NCBI RefSeq assembly: GCF_006345805.1
Contig: NC_043002.1
Coordinates: 27,156,001 to 27,220,000, forward strand
Direction of reading: 5' to 3'
Length of the DNA: 64,000 bases
Source of the DNA: Octopus sinensis
Taxonomy: Eukaryota
Under the pieces are notes generated by a model. The model was not told where the DNA came from and ran no database searches. It was given only the letters and a program-made list of their open reading frames with translations. The position numbers and the translations under genes were made by a program. Positions 1 to 11,808 of the stretch are shown piece by piece; the stretch's first letter is position 1; every line of letters begins with the position of its first letter.

Positions 1-467
1 CTAGAAAAGACTTCCTAAATTATTAAGCAGAGTTTCACATATTTGATCATCGGGCATCTGTGAATATTCTCAAGAAACCCTATATATGTATGTACGGATG
101 TCATTTATCAGTTATATTTCAAGATTTCTTATTAATAGAGAAAGGGCCAGCTTCTAACGTAGATTCAGGGTATTTTGTATGTATGTATGTATGTATGTAT
201 GTATGTATGTATGTATGTATTTAATTTTTATGCTCTACAATGACTTGATTCCGAAACGTACGTCCGTAGGTAACTTAATATAGAATGATTTCCGTCATTT
301 CTTTCTCTTTTGCCTACGTCGTTTGTTTTTTAAGTGCTTTGGTTTTACTGGGATTCCCCTTTTAAGTAGAAAGAATAGCCAAAACTTTTTGACTGCTATT
401 TCTAAATTCGGTGTGTGGTGAGGCATATCGTTGCTGAACCCTTAAGTAATTAGTACATATATATATA

Positions 468-643
468 TATAATTAAAATAAACAACAAGAATAACGTCGG
501 TAATTTGGGACGATCGTTTCACGCTACATTATTTTATTAAATATTGTAACTGTTGTAATATTTACAATATTTAATAAAATGATGTAGCGTGAAACGATCG
601 TACCAAATTACCGAAATTATTCTTGTTGCTTATTTTGATTATA
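468..643. repeat. Fold-back inverted repeat (~80-bp arms, 12-nt spacer)
   Basis: 468-549 is the near-perfect reverse complement of 562-643 (e.g. GGGACGATCGTTTCACGCTACAT vs ATGTAGCGTGAAACGATCGTACC); left end abuts (TA)n. Confidence 0.9.
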
Positions 644-1130
644 ATCACCACATGGATTTATATGGATAACACCGGTATTTCGACTGTGTGTGTCACAAAT
701 CCGTATGTATGTATTATATATGTACTTATGTATGTATGTATGTATGTATGCATGTATGTATACATGTATGTATAGTCAAACTAAGTTCTACAGGGAAGCT
801 ATTTGTGGTAACAAGCAATTCAATGAGATATAGTGCGCAATCTCTGCAACCACAGTAAGGCATTACTGAGGTGGTTGATTTACACTATGTAAAAACCTAT
901 GGTGGGTGGGGGGGGGTAAAATCTCACTACTTACCTCCCAAAATAAGGAAATAAGGGCCTAGATACATATAATACAGTTCAAGGAAAAAATTCTATTCCT
1001 CAAGCTACCAGGACTTGAAGAATAGAGGTGAGAATTATATAAGAGAAATATATAATAATACATTTATAATAATAAAGGGTAAAAATTATTAATGATTTTC
1101 ACCAGGTGGTCAGCGTCGAAATAAAAACCT

Positions 1131-1585
1131 CATAAGTAAAATTTACAAATATTTTATAATTATATACATAATTATAACAAGGGCTTGACTTGCGCCTCAC
1201 CACGCACTGAAAAAATAGACGTCAAATGACACTATTACTACCATAAATTCCCCGAGAATAACACACCACATAATAGGCTAGCAAAAGAAAAGAAAATGAA
1301 TTAAAATTTTCGGTTAACCGCGTACAAGATCCTGTTTCCAGCTTAAAGTAAAAAAAATATTACCTATTGCTTTCAACTGGAAACAAGGTCTTGTACGCTG
1401 TTAACCGAAATTTTTAATTAATTTTTTTTCTTTTGCTAGCCCATTATGTGGTGTGCAATTTTCGGAGAATTTATGATGGTAATAGTGTCTTTTGACGTCT
1501 ATTTTTCAGTGCGTGGTGGGGAGCAGGCCAATCACTTGTTATAATTATGTATATAATTATAAAATATTTATAATCATACACTTAT
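1131..1585. repeat. Fold-back inverted repeat (~200-bp arms, ~32-nt spacer)
   Basis: ~1143-1342 pairs with ~1375-1573 (e.g. CACGCACTGAAAAAATAGACGTCAAA vs TTTGACGTCTATTTTTCAGTGCGTG), imperfect. Confidence 0.9.
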
Positions 1586-2338
1586 ATAATTGTAATTATA
1601 TAAAAGCGAAAGTGCGAGAGGAGGACTGAAATAATGAAAGGGAAAGAAAGGAAACTGTAGATACGTCAAATACTATGAAAATATAACGTACGATGTAAAA
1701 TAATGGCGTGGATTTTAGAACTATAAGCTGGATAAAGTATAGTATGAGAAAAAGTGAATGAAAAAAAGCGCGTGTGGATTAACCCAATAGAAGCGGCAGG
1801 TTTCAAGAACGGATGTAAAATGAGAAAACATAGAAAAGGGAAAGAAAAAGAAGGCAAGAGAAAATGAAGAAATATTTAGATAGCAAGAAGAGAGAAACAA
1901 TGTACTCAAGAGAATGTGAGACGAAATGGAGAAAGGATTAACGTATAAAGACAATTTGACATGGAACACCGCTCGTTAGCTATGGGAACCGGAATCAGCG
2001 TAGTTTCTAACAGCTTGAGTTCCGAGAATTAAATCTCATTGAACTATCCACTGGATGTGCCAACATTGATAAACGTCACTGAGATAGTGAGCATTACAAA
2101 GACTATTAGAACACACCAGACAAGAAAATCTGAGTGAAATTGCGAAATTAAAGGAAAAGATACCTGTAACACAATTGAACGACAAAATAAACTGAGTGTA
2201 ATCATTCCACTAGGTAGGAAAAAATAAATGAGATTTTCTTGCACGAAATAAGGAATAGTGTGTAGCTTCTGTTCGAATAGAAAGACGTTACATACACTCT
2301 TTCACACGCACACACTCACACATATATACTCATATATA

Positions 2339-2385
<47 letters not shown>

Positions 2386-3540
2386 CATAATACATTCATA
2401 CATACTTACATACATGCATGCATGCATACATTCATACATACATACACACATATATACATACATATATACTTACATACACTCATACATACGTACATACATC
2501 TGGACATGACGACTTACTTTATGACTTCCGTTAAATAGATTTTTTTAATATAATCCCAGCTTCACATAAATCAACTGCCGCAAACAGCTAAGTAGCCTTC
2601 AGTATTTTACATCTGCTCTGATAATCCAATTTGAAATTTCCATTCGTTCAGTCTTTTCCTTATTAAATACAGTCGATCAGTGTCTATCGCTAGATAATAT
2701 ATCCCCAATGCTAAATGCGATGTAATCTATGTAGTTCCTCACATGGTATCTGCTGTCATTTGTTTGCGGTATAGATGCTGTTATGGTACAAATTGCTAAA
2801 ATTTAGAAACGTTGTCGTCTCACTCCAGGTAAATCCAAATTCAAAGTAAGTATCATAACCTGTCAAAATTAATTTATTTTCAAAAAATACCTAATACGTA
2901 TCAAATTACCTCTCAAGTTGGTCCATATAGCTTGTCATGTGTTCGTGTACACCGTGATTGCTTAAGAAAATTTAATTTAGTTGTACATGAGTATTTTTTA
3001 TTCATAACTTTCTTAAGTGTTTTTAAGAGTATGCAATGAAAAACGGTCATTTAAAAATAACCACAATATACAGGAAACAATGAAACTAGAAAGCTTCGAT
3101 ATCAGTAAAAATGATATAGCGAAATTAGGATAATTTGCACAAAACTGTGAGTGGAACATTGAAGTTTGATCGGGTGAAACTAGAACTTCAAGAATAAAGA
3201 AATATTTCTTCTCCAGAATTGGTGAATTTTGGAAGAATATATCAGGATTGTGATGCTTTACATAAGTAGACTGAATGATCACTCAATATTTGGGAACCAA
3301 GGAGTTAAAGCTTTAAATATATTAGTAAAACAATATTTATATATATATATGTATGTATATATACCAGAGTAAGCACATAAATGCAAAACAAGGTGAAAAA
3401 AATAGTACTCGAATACGAAAGTAATATGCTCTATCAAAAAGCACAAAAAATATCACAAAAATTCTTAGTCAGAGTTTCACGGTCCTGTTCGTCGCACACA
3501 CTAGCTTTTTACGTGATATTTGTGTTACTATTTAATAAAG

Positions 3541-3587
<47 letters not shown>

Positions 3588-3588
3588 A

Positions 3589-4260
3589 ACAGGGTGCGGT
3601 GAATAAATTGTCGTCTAAATTACACAAAATTTTAAAAGAGCACTAACATCTCATTTTAACAGATATATTTACCAAAGTTACATTAAAATATCTTGAAATA
3701 CTAAAGAATACATTTATTCAATAAAATTGCCATAGGCTTCATCCACAGCCTACAGACGATTTCGGAATCTCCTGCAACTTTTCTGGATGGTCTCCTTGTT
3801 TAGGTTGGTGAATGCTGCCTTCAGTTCATCTTTGGTGTTACAAGGAATTTTGTTGGTCTCTCGCCTACCTGCGCCGCACACATAATAATAAAGGGAATTT
3901 GCAGTCTTGGGAGTTAGGTGGCCAGATGTTAGGCGTGATGTGATCGCAGAAATTGTTTGACAGCCATGACTGGAGTCACTTGCTTTTGTGGCTTGGTACA
4001 GAGTCCTGTTGCCAGACATAGGGTCTTCCAACAGTTGAGTCTGAGACCGTGTGGGAAGATGAATGGAGGCATAACAGTATCACCACTAGTGTTCACTCTG
4101 AACATCATAATGTTGACTAGATTTTTGATATTTATAATCTCAGATTTTTATCATTCCTCAGAGTAACACCCAAATATTCTTAAATATTCGTATTGTAGCT
4201 CCGGTACGAATGCACAACAGCAAAGCATGTCGTTTCCAAATTTCTGGCAGAGTGAATTGC
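3589..4260 (-). mobile_element. Tc1/mariner maT-type (DD37D) transposase remnant
   Basis: Minus strand gives MPPFIFPHGLRL, GRPYVWQQDS..NNFCDHITPNIWPPNSQDC and RETNKIPCNTKDELK..KSCRRFRNRL with stops and frameshifts; QQD-to-terminal-D spacing reconstructs to about 37; end CAGGGTG next to a TA run. Confidence 0.85.
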
Positions 4261-4831
4261 GTCATGACGGTTTTTTTCTCACAGACGGTACCCAAAACGA
4301 AGACATTTGAAATATATCCCCGAATATAATTGCTAGAACTGAATGCATGTTATCTCTCGGGAGGACATCATGTGTATAGTTCTGTAAATTATATTTTCTA
4401 TGACAGTCACACTGAGGATCTGCAGACATTTACGCAATGTAAATGGTAACAATGAAACCATGGTATGTGACTAATCACTTAATTTTGTATCTTTTCATTT
4501 GTCTTGCTCACTGAACGTTCTCGCGATTTGCCGAATTTTCTTAAAAACAATTTTCTTAGTGGTCAGACCATATGGGGTCGACATCTAGCATATAGGAATC
4601 CACCTAGTGGCCATTCCTCTTATATGCATGTAATATATATATATATATATAAGTGCCTGTGTGTCTGCGCGTGAGCATGTGTATGTGCGCTTGTGTCTGT
4701 GTGTTTGCACGTGTGTGTTTGCGTGTATATATGCGTATATATACATACGTAAGTGTATATATATATATTGAGGGAGAGGGAGAGAGGATTTTTGAAATGA
4801 TATACAGATATTGTATATTCTTTTCTACTCT

Positions 4832-5013
4832 AAGCACCAGGCCCTAAAAAATTTTGGAGAGGGTGCCAGTCGTTTCTATCGACACATATTACGTAACTGG
4901 TACTTAATTTATCGATCCCGAAATGATGAAAGGTAAAGTCAGCCTCGAGGAAAGTTGAACTCAGAGCATAGAGGCAGATGATATATCGCGTGCTAACGTT
5001 TCTGCAAGCTCGC
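4832..5013 (-). mobile_element. tRNA-derived SINE family B, degenerate
   Basis: Shares ACTGGTACTTAATTTATCGAtCCCGAAAtGATGAAAGGtAAAGTC and GCTAACGTTTCTGCaAGCTCGC with the copies at 6.5, 9.4, 20.5 and 26.3 kb. Confidence 0.8.
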
Positions 5014-5264
5014 AGAATAGAAATATTTATTTATTTAATTTATTTATTATATAATTTGTTATATATAATTTATTATTTATTTAATTTTAGATTTTATAGT
5101 TTGCTTGAAGCATTGTACATGGAATATAATGTTGAAAGATTTTAAAGGCCAAACAATGCAAATAGATTTTAAGATGAGGTAACGTAAAATAAAACTGATG
5201 ATGTGATGATAAGCATATCATATATGTATCTAATGAAGAAAACACAGGAGTGACAGCTGCTGAG

Positions 5265-6460
5265 TGCTCGACGTTCTAGAAACATAATGATATACTTATC
5301 ATCACTTCATCACGCGAAGAGGCCGACATAATATCCACGACATTCTCAAGAATAGATAGTAACATAAGACTTATCACGGTACTTTATCTCTACTAGACTT
5401 CCAACTTAAAATAACAAAAGGAGGTAATATGTACACCAACTTCTATCAGAAAGCTGCCAGTAGAGAACTGTTTGCGAATTATAGGTCAGCCCTACCCCTC
5501 GGTGCTAAAACAAGATACTAAAAAATGAACTAGCACGTATCAAGAATAAATGTAGCAAAGGTAAGGACCAGAGTACTCACACTGCACACTTCACAGATAT
5601 ACTGAGGCTGAATGGATACCCAACACCCACAATAAACTGAATTGAAAATCAAAAGCGCCGCAGACATAAGACCTTCTGTAACACCTGCTTCATGAAATTA
5701 CCACATTTCAATGAAAGCATAACCACAGCAATTCGTAGAGCCATGTTCAACGAAGAACTAGACGTATAATTATCACACTCCGTCCCCTCACTGCGCGGAT
5801 ACCTGAATAAAAAGCAATCTAGAGACAGCAATCAATGCTCATTAACTCACTGTCCTATCCGCGATACAGGTATGTGCCAGCAGATACATGTAGTATACCG
5901 AATAGAATACAACAGATGTAAGGCGTTTTATATAGGCAGCACAACTCGAACTTTGCATACTTCCATTAAGGAGCATCTCAACACACGCGCATCCTCATTC
6001 AAAAAACACATTGATAAATGTAAAAGTACCAACAAACAAATAAATATTACTATTGAAGCTAATGATAGAAATCTCAGCAACTTAAGAATTAAGGAAGCTT
6101 TGATTATCTATTAATTAAGCCCACAAATAAATAATAGATTGGAGCTAGGCACGCAATACATAACATCACACACACACAAAGGCACATTTGCTACATATTA
6201 GAAAAGTGGTGATGAAAATTGATTTGTTGAGCGATAAGTTAATAATTGACGTCACTAACATTCACGAAGAAGAGAAACACTTGAAAATTCAAATATTATC
6301 ATAGAATTATTTTATCTCCGACAAAAAAACATCTTACCAAGCACAGTTCCTTTTTAACCCTGAAGAAGGGACTTGTATATCCCGAAATATTGGATACATA
6401 TAAGACCAAAGATTACCATGTAACTTACTTTTAGTTTACGTTACCTCATCTTAAAATTTA
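5265..6460 (+). mobile_element. Penelope-like element 3' part (RT C-terminus + GIY-YIG + HHR tail), decayed
   Basis: TF*KHNDILII (degenerate YVDD region), LSLLDFQLKI..TNFYQKAASRELFANYRSALP (thumb), VVYRIEYNRCKAFYIGSTTRTLHTSIKEH..RIKEALII (GIY-YIG, ORF 5872-6114). Confidence 0.88.
6356..6395 (+). ncRNA. Minimal type I hammerhead ribozyme motif
   Basis: aaCC-CTGAAGA-A-GGGA(cttgtata)TCCC-GAAA-TAT-T-GGat; palindromic stem III (ATAT); lies in the 3' tail of the PLE. Confidence 0.7.
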
Positions 6461-6502
6461 TTTGCCTTGTTTGGCCTTTAAAATCTTTCAACAATATATT
6501 TA

Positions 6503-6885
6503 TTTATTTCCTTATTGCCCACTGGGGACTAAACATAGAGGGGACAAACAAGGACAGACAAACGGATTAAGTCGATTATATCGACCCCAATGCGTAACTG
6601 GTACTTATTTAATCGACCCCGAAAGGATGAAAGGCAAAGTTGACCTCGGCGGAATATGAACTCAGAACGTAGCAGCAGACGAAATACCTATTTCTTTACT
6701 ACCCACAAGGGGCTAAACACAGAGGGGACAAACAAGGACAAACAAACGGATTAAGTCGATTATATCGACCCCAGTGTGTAACTGATACTTATTTAATGGA
6801 CCCCGTCAGGATGAAATGCAAAATCGACCTCGGCAGAATTTAAACTCACAACGTAACGGCAGACGAAATACCGCTAAGAATTTCA
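6503..6885 (-). mobile_element. SINE family B, tandem partial dimer
   Basis: Two consecutive units of CTAAACAcAGAGGGGACAAACAAGGACAgACAAACGGATTAAGTCGATTATATCGACCCC...GACCCCGAAAGGATGAAAGGCAAAGT. Confidence 0.9.
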
Positions 6886-6940
6886 GAATAGAAATATTTA
6901 GAATGAAAACGTAGTTATGTAGCCTGACTACCTTATTATT

Positions 6941-6991
<51 letters not shown>

Positions 6992-7818
6992 TGTTTGCAA
7001 ATGCATGCACAAGTATGTACATGCATGAATACATGTTTGAAAACTGATTCACCAAGACATTACACACACATACACACACACACACATATATATATATCTA
7101 AACGACGATTTTATTCACGCATTCACACATGTTGTTGGCATTATTCTACTTAGGAACAAGCAAATAGGCATTCGTCAACCTTAGGCTATGTTACATGACA
7201 CTTGACTTGGATGCCACGCATCTGAGAACCGGAAACACGTGGTTATCAAACGAACTTTTTCGCCACAAGAGTGTCTTAATTTAAATTCTAATTACATTCT
7301 TAAACTAAATAATTAATTTCATACAAAGGAAATAAATATTTCTTTCATCATTACATGGAGCTAATTAAAATTATTTCCTCATATTATCCCCGATTTTGTC
7401 TTTGCCCACTTTTTCATAATATTCTTTCTGTTATCTTTTCAATATTGTTTTCAGCAAATGAAAAAGTAAGATTAATTAGATAGGTGTTCTTTTAATTTTT
7501 TTTTACACCGTGTTACTTCGTGTCCAATTTTGCTTACATTGAAGAAGCTGTAATATATGAATATGTTGCCAGTAATTACACGGGATTTTATCATTCTTTT
7601 TATATTTAGTTAATTCTATTTTCTTGCATATTCTCATTAAATTTAAGATTCTTCCTATTCGTTACTTCAGCCGAAAGACTGACACACGTTTCAAAACCTA
7701 TATTTCTCGTTCTGCGATTCTTATTGATATATGTCGATATAATTTCATTAAACTTTACATTCTTTAACCTAGTTATAAAATACATAATTGTAGCGAATAT
7801 GTGTGTGTGAGTGCGTGT

Positions 7819-7824
<6 letters not shown>

Positions 7825-7858
<34 letters not shown>

Positions 7859-7877
7859 TATATATATACTTACATAC

Positions 7878-7945
<68 letters not shown>

Positions 7946-8020
7946 ATATATATATCATATATATATATACATATACATATATATGTATATCTATGTATAT
8001 ACATACATATATATATATGC

Positions 8021-8058
<38 letters not shown>

Positions 8059-8063
8059 GTATA

Positions 8064-8100
<37 letters not shown>
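7825..8100. repeat. Interrupted (TA)n microsatellite
   Basis: Direct reading; source of the spurious YI-repeat ORFs. Confidence 0.95.
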
Positions 8101-8104
<4 letters not shown>

Positions 8105-8309
8105 CAAGATAGAGAGAGAGAGAGGAGAGAGAGAGAATTACAGAAACTGAGAGAAAGTTTTCAATTTTGTTCAAAAAATTCTTCATGTTAAAGAACCTCC
8201 CCAAATATAACTGCATTTAGATAGCATATTCCGATAAAAGCATATACATACACAGCTCTAAATATACACATACTTAGTAATACATATTTATATACGTGCG
8301 TGTGTGTAT

Positions 8310-8315
8310 AGATAG

Positions 8316-8352
<37 letters not shown>

Positions 8353-8363
8353 AACAGAGAGAG

Positions 8364-8454
<91 letters not shown>

Positions 8455-8455
8455 C
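8310..8455. repeat. (GATA)n/(GA)n microsatellite
   Basis: Direct reading. Confidence 0.95.
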
Positions 8456-8704
8456 GTATGTTTGCGTGTGTGATTATATGGGTATATATTTTTTATCTAT
8501 CTTCTAATGGTTCACTCATTAGAATGCATAGTTACTGGGGCACGGCCTTAATGTACTTTACTCGAATGAATAAATGTGATCCCAGTGTCAGAGAGAATTA
8601 AACAGACCAACACCGCTAGTCAAGCGGTGGTGGGGGCCAAACCCAGACACAAGAACACAAATACGAAGACAAAGAGCTCTTGAGTAAAATGTTCAAATTA
8701 AAAT

Positions 8705-8862
8705 GGCGCAATGGCACAATGTTTTAGCACGCCAGACAAAAGGCTTAGCAGCATTTTGTCCATCTTAAAGCTCTTACTCCAAGTTCCGCCGAGGCCGACT
8801 TTACCTTTCTTTCTTTCAGACCCGATAGAATTGATCACTAAAGGTGATGTTATCGACTTACA
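8705..8862 (+). mobile_element. SINE family B, highly degenerate
   Basis: TTAGCACGCCAGACAAAAGGCTTAGC..GTTCCGCCGAGGCCGACTTTACCTTTC resembles the family B head and core. Confidence 0.55.
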
Positions 8863-9403
8863 CCCTCCTCGGAAATTGCTGGGCTTGTGCCAAAATTCGA
8901 ACCTTTAATAAGTGCAAGCTACACAATACAAAGTTAGTAATATTCCTTTGGAACTTGAAGATAGAAATATTATTTACTCTATTTCCTTTCCAGTTATTCG
9001 CACCAAACTTCTGTACAGAAGGTGGAGTTTGTAGTAATCTATTTTGCATGGCTGCACTTCAATTCCTAAGATGTAAATCTTAAATAATTGGAAAAAAATA
9101 ATGAGTTCTTCACACTAATTTATTAAATCCTTTTAAAGATTCAATATAGGTAACTGACATAAATTTATACATGCATTTCTAATGAATGTATTTCAATTCT
9201 GGTTGTTATTATCGTTCTTCGCTCATCTTTTTCTGCTCATTCTCTTTCAATCAATTATAATCTTCTTTAGTAGTATTTCCTATGAGATTAATTATCTGGT
9301 TAGTATCTTGTTACAAAGTCTCTTAATGATTCCCACTGATATTTTTGTTCTCTGTTATATTATTTATTTTGCAATAATCATGCATGTTAATATACTGCTA
9401 CAT

Positions 9404-9685
9404 TAAGGTGGTGAGCTGGCAGAAACGTTAGCACGCCGGACGAAATGCGTAGCCGTATCACGCCTGCCGTTACGTTCTGAGTTCAAATTCGCCGAGGTCG
9501 ACTTTGCCTTTCATCCTTTCGGGGTCGATTAAATAAGTACCAGTTACGCACTGGGGTGGATATAATTGACTTAATCCGATTGTCGGTCCTTGTTTGTCCT
9601 CTCTGTGTTTAGCCCCTTGTGGGTAGTAAAGAAATACGTATTTCATCTGCCGCTACGTTATGAGTTCAAATTCCGCCGATGTCGC
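9404..9685 (+). mobile_element. SINE family B
   Basis: TAAGGTGGTGAGCTGGCAGAAACGTTAGCACGCCGG (A-box-like), GAGTTCAAATT (B box), GTCGACTTTGCCTTTCATCCTTTCGGGGTCGATTAAATAAGTACCAG core; followed by (ATT)n to 9830. Confidence 0.9.
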
Positions 9686-9771
9686 TCTTATAATAATAAT
9701 AATAATTATTATTATTATTGTTGTTATTCTTCTTATTATTATTATTATTATTATTATTATCATCATTATTA

Positions 9772-9829
<58 letters not shown>

Positions 9830-9899
9830 CGAGCCAATCCCCTGAATTTCAACTTGTCCTTAGATAGTAGAGCATCTTCCCTTTACACAAGTAACCCAC

Positions 9900-10310
9900 G
9901 TAAGACAGATATCTGCAACTGTCGATCAGGGACCGAATGCCTGCTGCAAGCCCATTGTAGATGGTTTAACGTGGTATAGAAATGCATTGTCCGCAACATA
10001 TTGCACAATTCTATTAGCCATTACATCGAGTCTACTATTAATTTTAAACAGAAACATTCTGCACACCTGCACTCATTTAAATATGAGGAGCATAGCAATC
10101 CACGTCTCTAGTCAACAAAATACACCAGCTGATAAATAGCAGGATATAATGAGCCATAATAGATTCTGGTGTCCCATACGAAGGCCAGTGCTCCACATGT
10201 GGACTCTGCCTTAAAGAAGCCCTCCAGATATTAATTCATAAATCGCCACAATTACTCAATAAACAGCACGCAGTATTTTCTTTAAATTTCCAGTCATAGA
10301 GGAGAAACAA
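9900..10310 (+). mobile_element. Penelope-like GIY-YIG C-terminal remnant
   Basis: ICNCRSGTECLLQAHC..NVV*KC..HYIEST.NFKQKHSAHLHSFKYEEHSN and, after a frameshift, GQCSTCGLCLKEALQILIHKSPQLLNK match the PLE endonuclease tail pattern. Confidence 0.72.
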
Positions 10311-10695
10311 TGCAGAAAATATTTTCCGTTTGTGTGTGAGTGAGTGAGTGTGTGTTTGTTTCTGTGTGTTTGTGTCTGTCTGTCTGTCTGTCTGTCTGTG
10401 TCTGTGTGTGTATATATTTTGCCATTAATAGAATCCTGGTGAAAAATAATGTTTTCAGTACTTTGCCAGTTTAAAGGTATCGTGAAAGACCTGGTTGCAA
10501 GCTCAACCTTCCGAGTTCAAAAAACTCATAACTAATTGAACCTCCTTTATTCTATTTTATCCAAGTTTTCAGCACCCTCTCGTAAATGTAAAGTACCAAA
10601 CTTTTTTTGAAAATACCGTAGCAGTAAACGAAGAACAAAATTAAACTAATACATACCACGAAGAAAAATAATACAACATAAAACGTAGAAAACTA

Positions 10696-11118
10696 TTACT
10701 CTTTTACTCTTTTACTCTTTTACTTGTTTCAGTCATTTGACTGCAGCCATGCTGGAGCACCGCCTTTAGTTGAGCAACTCGACCCCGGGACTTATTCTTT
10801 GTAAGCCCAGTACTTATTCTATCGGTCTCCTTTTGCCGAACCGCTAGGTGACGGGGACATAAACACACCAGCATCGGTTGTCAAGCAATGCTAGGGGGAC
10901 AGACACAGACACACAAACATACATGCACACATATATATATATATACATATATACGACGGGCTTCTTTTAGTTTCCGTCTAACAAATCCACTCACAAGGCT
11001 TTAGTCGGTCCGAGGCTACAGTAGAAGACACTTGCCCAAGGTGCCAGGCAGTGGGACTGAACCCGGAACCATTTGGTTGGTAGGCAAGCTACTTACGACA
11101 CAGCCACTCCTGCACCTA
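10696..11118 (-). mobile_element. tRNA-derived SINE family A, full length
   Basis: Reverse complement of GCAGGAGTGGCTGT..GGTTCCGGGTTCAGTCCCACTG..TTGGGCAAGTGTCTTCTAC head and GGCGGTGCTCCAGCATGG..ACTGAAACAAGT(AAAAGAGT)n tail; matches 14028 and 43530. Confidence 0.92.
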
Positions 11119-11334
11119 TTACTTAGCAATTCAAATACCCGGTGTCAGCTATTGCATAAGAATTATCGGGAGAAATTCCGGTGAAAATTTGAGCCCATCT
11201 AAGATCAATGTTGTTCTAAAGAAAGGTTAGCAATGCCACTTTGATAGGCTACGTGAAGAGTCTAAAGAAATATTGTGAAGAAAAGTGCCAAAAAGTCTTC
11301 AAAAACAAACATATACACGCATATTCATACATCC

Positions 11335-11445
11335 GTACATGCATACATACAAATATGCATACATACATACATACATACATACATACATACATACATACAT
11401 ACATACATACATACATACGTACATACATACATACATACATACATA
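11335..11445. repeat. (TACA)n microsatellite
   Basis: Direct reading. Confidence 0.95.
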
Positions 11446-11748
11446 GTATTTAGGTATATATTGCACACAGTCCATTTAATAACGGTGGCAATGAACTGAG
11501 AAAGATTTGGCAAATACTTTTTACATGACAAACGGACTTGAATAGGCTTCTACGTTGTCACGTTTGGTTGCTGTTGTGGATGTGATGATGGTGCCGGTGG
11601 TAATGGTGGTGGTGGTGGGGGTCTTGGTGATGATGGTTATTGTAAAATTGTATTATTATGGTAAGTTGATTTCGTCACAAACACAACACACACACACACA
11701 CACACACACTTATATGTCTATGTGCACGTATATAAATTTATGCATGTT

Positions 11749-11808
<60 letters not shown>

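Noticed and set aside
2044-2135. Hydrophobic minus-strand segment after a pyrimidine tract, possibly a terminal exon
   Set aside because: Hydrophobic frames are expected in T-rich DNA; no supporting evidence.
7675-7725. Minus-strand GAAACGTGTGTC-AGTC junction
   Set aside because: The core and stem I partner are too degraded to call.
8860-8910. Minus-strand GT|GTAAGT donor with upstream AG
   Set aside because: The donor falls within degenerate SINE B sequence.
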